From Antedon mediterranea (Eukaryota > Animalia > Echinodermata): a stretch of DNA of 64,000 nucleotides. Each line of letters begins with the position of its first letter. The first letter of the stretch is position 1. The position numbers and the translations under genes were made by a program. The notes beneath the pieces are model-generated. The model did no database searches, had not been told where the DNA came from, and saw nothing but the letters and a program-made list of their open reading frames with translations. Of the stretch, positions 60,728-64,000 are shown piece after piece. The DNA lies in NCBI RefSeq assembly GCF_964355755.1, contig NC_092675.1, positions 26,012,912-26,076,911 on the forward strand. The letters run 5' to 3'.

Positions 60728-63700
60728 ATGATTTTTCCAGTTTTAATCTTGCTTCAAGTTATTTCCTGCCTGGGTAAGTAAAATATTCAAAATATATTCA
60801 AAATGTTGGTTTGTAGGCTAGATCTAAATAATGTTCAATCTTAATATCCTTCTATTCCGACAAACTCCCATAGATATTTTTGGTAAAACCCAGCGTCGTC
60901 GGAATAACAGCTTAAATTAGAAACTTTTAATGTGTAAATACAGAAAAATCTTTTTCACAGTCACAACATTTTAAATCACCCGGTGATATACTAAACACGT
61001 ATTAATATTTAACCTTTAATATTCTACTTTAGGAAATAATGGCTATATAACGGTTTTAAATAAAAATCCACAAAACAACAATAATTGGGAATACCAATGT
61101 TACACTCCTAGTATATTTGCTGGTTACAGTTTGAGTTACGGTAGATCATCTGCTGTCAGAAGTAACGATAGTTTACAGGAAACATCATGGAACGTTCCGA
61201 CTGATGATCGGTATGGAAGGTATATCACCGATCCAGTAGGCATGGGAGTATACTTTTGTAAGATTGTGAAATATGGTGTCACCACAGTCGTTCAAACTAC
61301 TAAAATAAGGGATAATGGTAAGATAATAATGTTATCATCATGTGTATAAAAACATTTTTGTATTCAAATAACTAAAATTGTATTTTAAATAAAATTATGG
61401 TCCTAGTAATGTACCGTACTAGGCACAGGGATATACCATAATATAAAACTAATAATAAAACTAACAATATAATTCAAAATTTTTTGAAGCTAAAATGAGA
61501 TTCATAAATGTTTAGTTATTAATAGTATGGATCGCTAATGAGTAAGTTAATATTACTGATTTTAGTATCCTATTTTCAGCCTTAATAACGCCTGTAAATT
61601 CTAAAAACACTGTAACTATGAATGTTGGAGATGACGTCACAATTAGATTCAACACGCATTTAAGAAGTGAGTTAGTGTGGAAGAAAGATGGATCTACTAC
61701 ATTAAAGATTGGAACAGAAACGAGCATGACCTTTGACCCAGTAGAGACCAGTGATGCTGGCGTTTACGAGATATATGTGGATGGTCACCGAGAAGATCGT
61801 AGACATTCATTTATCAAGTTGATTGTACGAGGTAAATAATTATGGTGTTTGCTGATTGCCCTCTCCGTCCAGGCGGTGGTTATGAACTCCTAAATGTATA
61901 CATAATTAAACCGCAATCAGCATTGTCTAGAAGGATGTATTGTTTTAAGTACGGCGGTCGAAATGAATGGCGGCCGATAATAACTGTGGTGTATTGGCCT
62001 GGACCAATGAAGAATCAATTATTTCAAGCAACAATGTAACCTGGCCAGACTTAGGTTGTTTATAACAACGTTTTAGAAGAATTTGAAGCGAAAAAGTATG
62101 CTCGAAATTAAATTAAAACATAATGTGAAAACGAAACCACACGGACAGTAACGTTTAAAATACATAATTATGACGATGATAGTATAAGTTGACATCGATA
62201 TTATGTCATCACTACAATGAGAGTACTAGAGAGGTTACGGCAGGTCAAAAGAAGTTTAGATTAAAGGCCAGGTGCGGGAAAAAAATTTCTATTGATCATA
62301 CATTCCAATAATTATCGATCTATAGTTTCTATGTTTCTTATTTTTTGGGATTTTATTTGTGTTACACGAGCTTGTTGAAAATAAGCACTTTCTTATCAGT
62401 GGGGGGATAGTTCAAATTACACAGTAAAATCTCTATTCTTTTGTACACAATTTTTTTAAATAGAGAGGCCATTTAAAAAGCTATGAAAAATAATTGGTGT
62501 GGTAAAAAATGTTGTCAGATGACTAAATATAGGTAATATAACTTGAATATTACATTTCTGGTATTTTTATTCAACTTCAGATTTTTATTTTTATGCTATA
62601 GCAAACATTATCCACCGTATATCCACCATCTTTTTTCACCTTCTAGGGAGTCACCAGACATGTTATTACATTAGGTTAAACTACCTAACTACTGAAAAAA
62701 GTCTTCCTGGATTTTTTATGGCAGAATTTTGACAAATTTTGTATTTTACCATATTAAGGGAAATTCATGTTTTTTCGTCTTGATTTCTGTTACAAATATT
62801 TTATCTATGTACACTTAACCAGATATTATATTTAAAATTTATGCCTGTACCTGAGCTTTAACTAATGTAAACCTGATTTGTTCTTCTGTTATAGCATGTC
62901 CACGTCATAAATGGGGTCCACCTGATTGCACTGGTGACTGTGAATACTGCTATAATGGAGGTGTATGTGATGACAAAATAGGATTTTGTATCTGTGCACC
63001 TGGATTTATGGGATCTACGTGTGAAACTGGTAAGAATGTTCTAAATGAAGACCATCAATCAACAACACAAAAGTTAACTGTTCTTGACACATCCTAATTA
63101 TTACCTTATGACTAAATTTTTGGTATGGCTATCTTTCTAGCTATAATTGAGCTAAACTTAACCAGCCATGAAGTCATATACAATATACTCAGATTTAATT
63201 GCTTCAAATCAAGCGAATCACTTTGATTTAAATTTATGTGTATTGATTACTGGTGGGTAGGCTCCTACGTGAGGATTTAGTCAATATTCAAAGTCATAGA
63301 AGTGTGTTAAATATTTTATAAAATTATACCATTAGTTTAGTTTAATTTATAAGCTATATGAAGACTCTTATGCATGCTTATATTTAACCAAACAAAACTT
63401 CATTATTTTAATTATCTTTTTATAAATTTCTCTCTCCTTATTTTCACCGGAAAAAAAACCCGTCTACATGTGTGCGACGCTTGACACCACGCGGTCATCA
63501 TAACCAGCAAGAAATTTGTGACTCACCGTTAAACAATTACCTATCATTCACATTTTAACTTTACATTTTTGTCATTTTTTACATTAGCCAATTAAAGAGA
63601 AAATATAAAATAAAACTTCCTCTGACAAATCATTGCTATCTGATGATTGATGTCTCCGGTGAACACCTTGGAAAGGTCTTCCCTGGGTTGACGCACTTGT

Positions 63701-64000
63701 TTTGTTCATCCTCTCTATAGGAAAGACCTTTTTCAAACATTCACTCAATTTCCTTTCTTTGAAAAATAAAATTGTACAATGCACAGTTTGACTTTAAAAT
63801 ATAAAAATAAAACCAGATCCTACATAGATAGTGATAGAAGTGAAAGTGTAGTAAACTATTATTTTAAACATAGTTTCAATTCTAAACTTTCATTTTTCAC
63901 CTTTAACTATTTTAGAATGCGGTGGAAACAAACATGGTTGGAATTGTGAAAATCCTTGTACCCAACAAAATGATCTTACTGCATGTAAAAATTGCCAGTT
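60728..64000 (+). CDS. Tie-like receptor C, 5' part only; exons 60728-60773, 61033-61317, 61580-61831, 62895-63029, 63916->64000
   Basis: Paralogous SP, Ig1, Ig2 and EGF exons with the same phases. The gene runs off the window. Confidence 0.85.
62265..62857. mobile_element. Kolobok-like MITE, inverted copy of 46767-47366
   Basis: TTAA|AGGCCAGGTGCGGG...GTACCTGAGCT|TTAA. Confidence 0.8.

Overview
AT-rich, intron-rich animal DNA. The gene set looks like an invertebrate deuterostome such as an echinoderm (inference), and no prokaryotic features are present. Host genes: (1) a 3-exon minus-strand gene for a ~732 aa protein with tandem death effector domains fused to a TRIM-like coiled coil, filamin/Ig and NHL C-terminus; (2) a spliced DNase I gene with a 1-nt frameshift in coding exon 7; (3) three tandem Tie-like receptors (Ig-Ig-EGF-[Ig]-FN3-TM). 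The two complete copies have no kinase and end in short tyrosine-motif tails; the third runs off the window. Much of the rest is transposon DNA: a 3.3 kb foldback element, a decayed Mutator (MULE) element, Helitrons, Helentron/DINE-like elements, Harbinger-, Kolobok-, Academ- and hAT-like MITEs, and two LINE fragments. The MULE reconstructs as one spliced PHD + vertnin-like OTU + DDE transposase gene followed by an inverted fragment of itself. Paired repeat copies show recurrent TA to TAGGCCTA micro-insertions. All exon models and alignments were made by eye; no searches were run.
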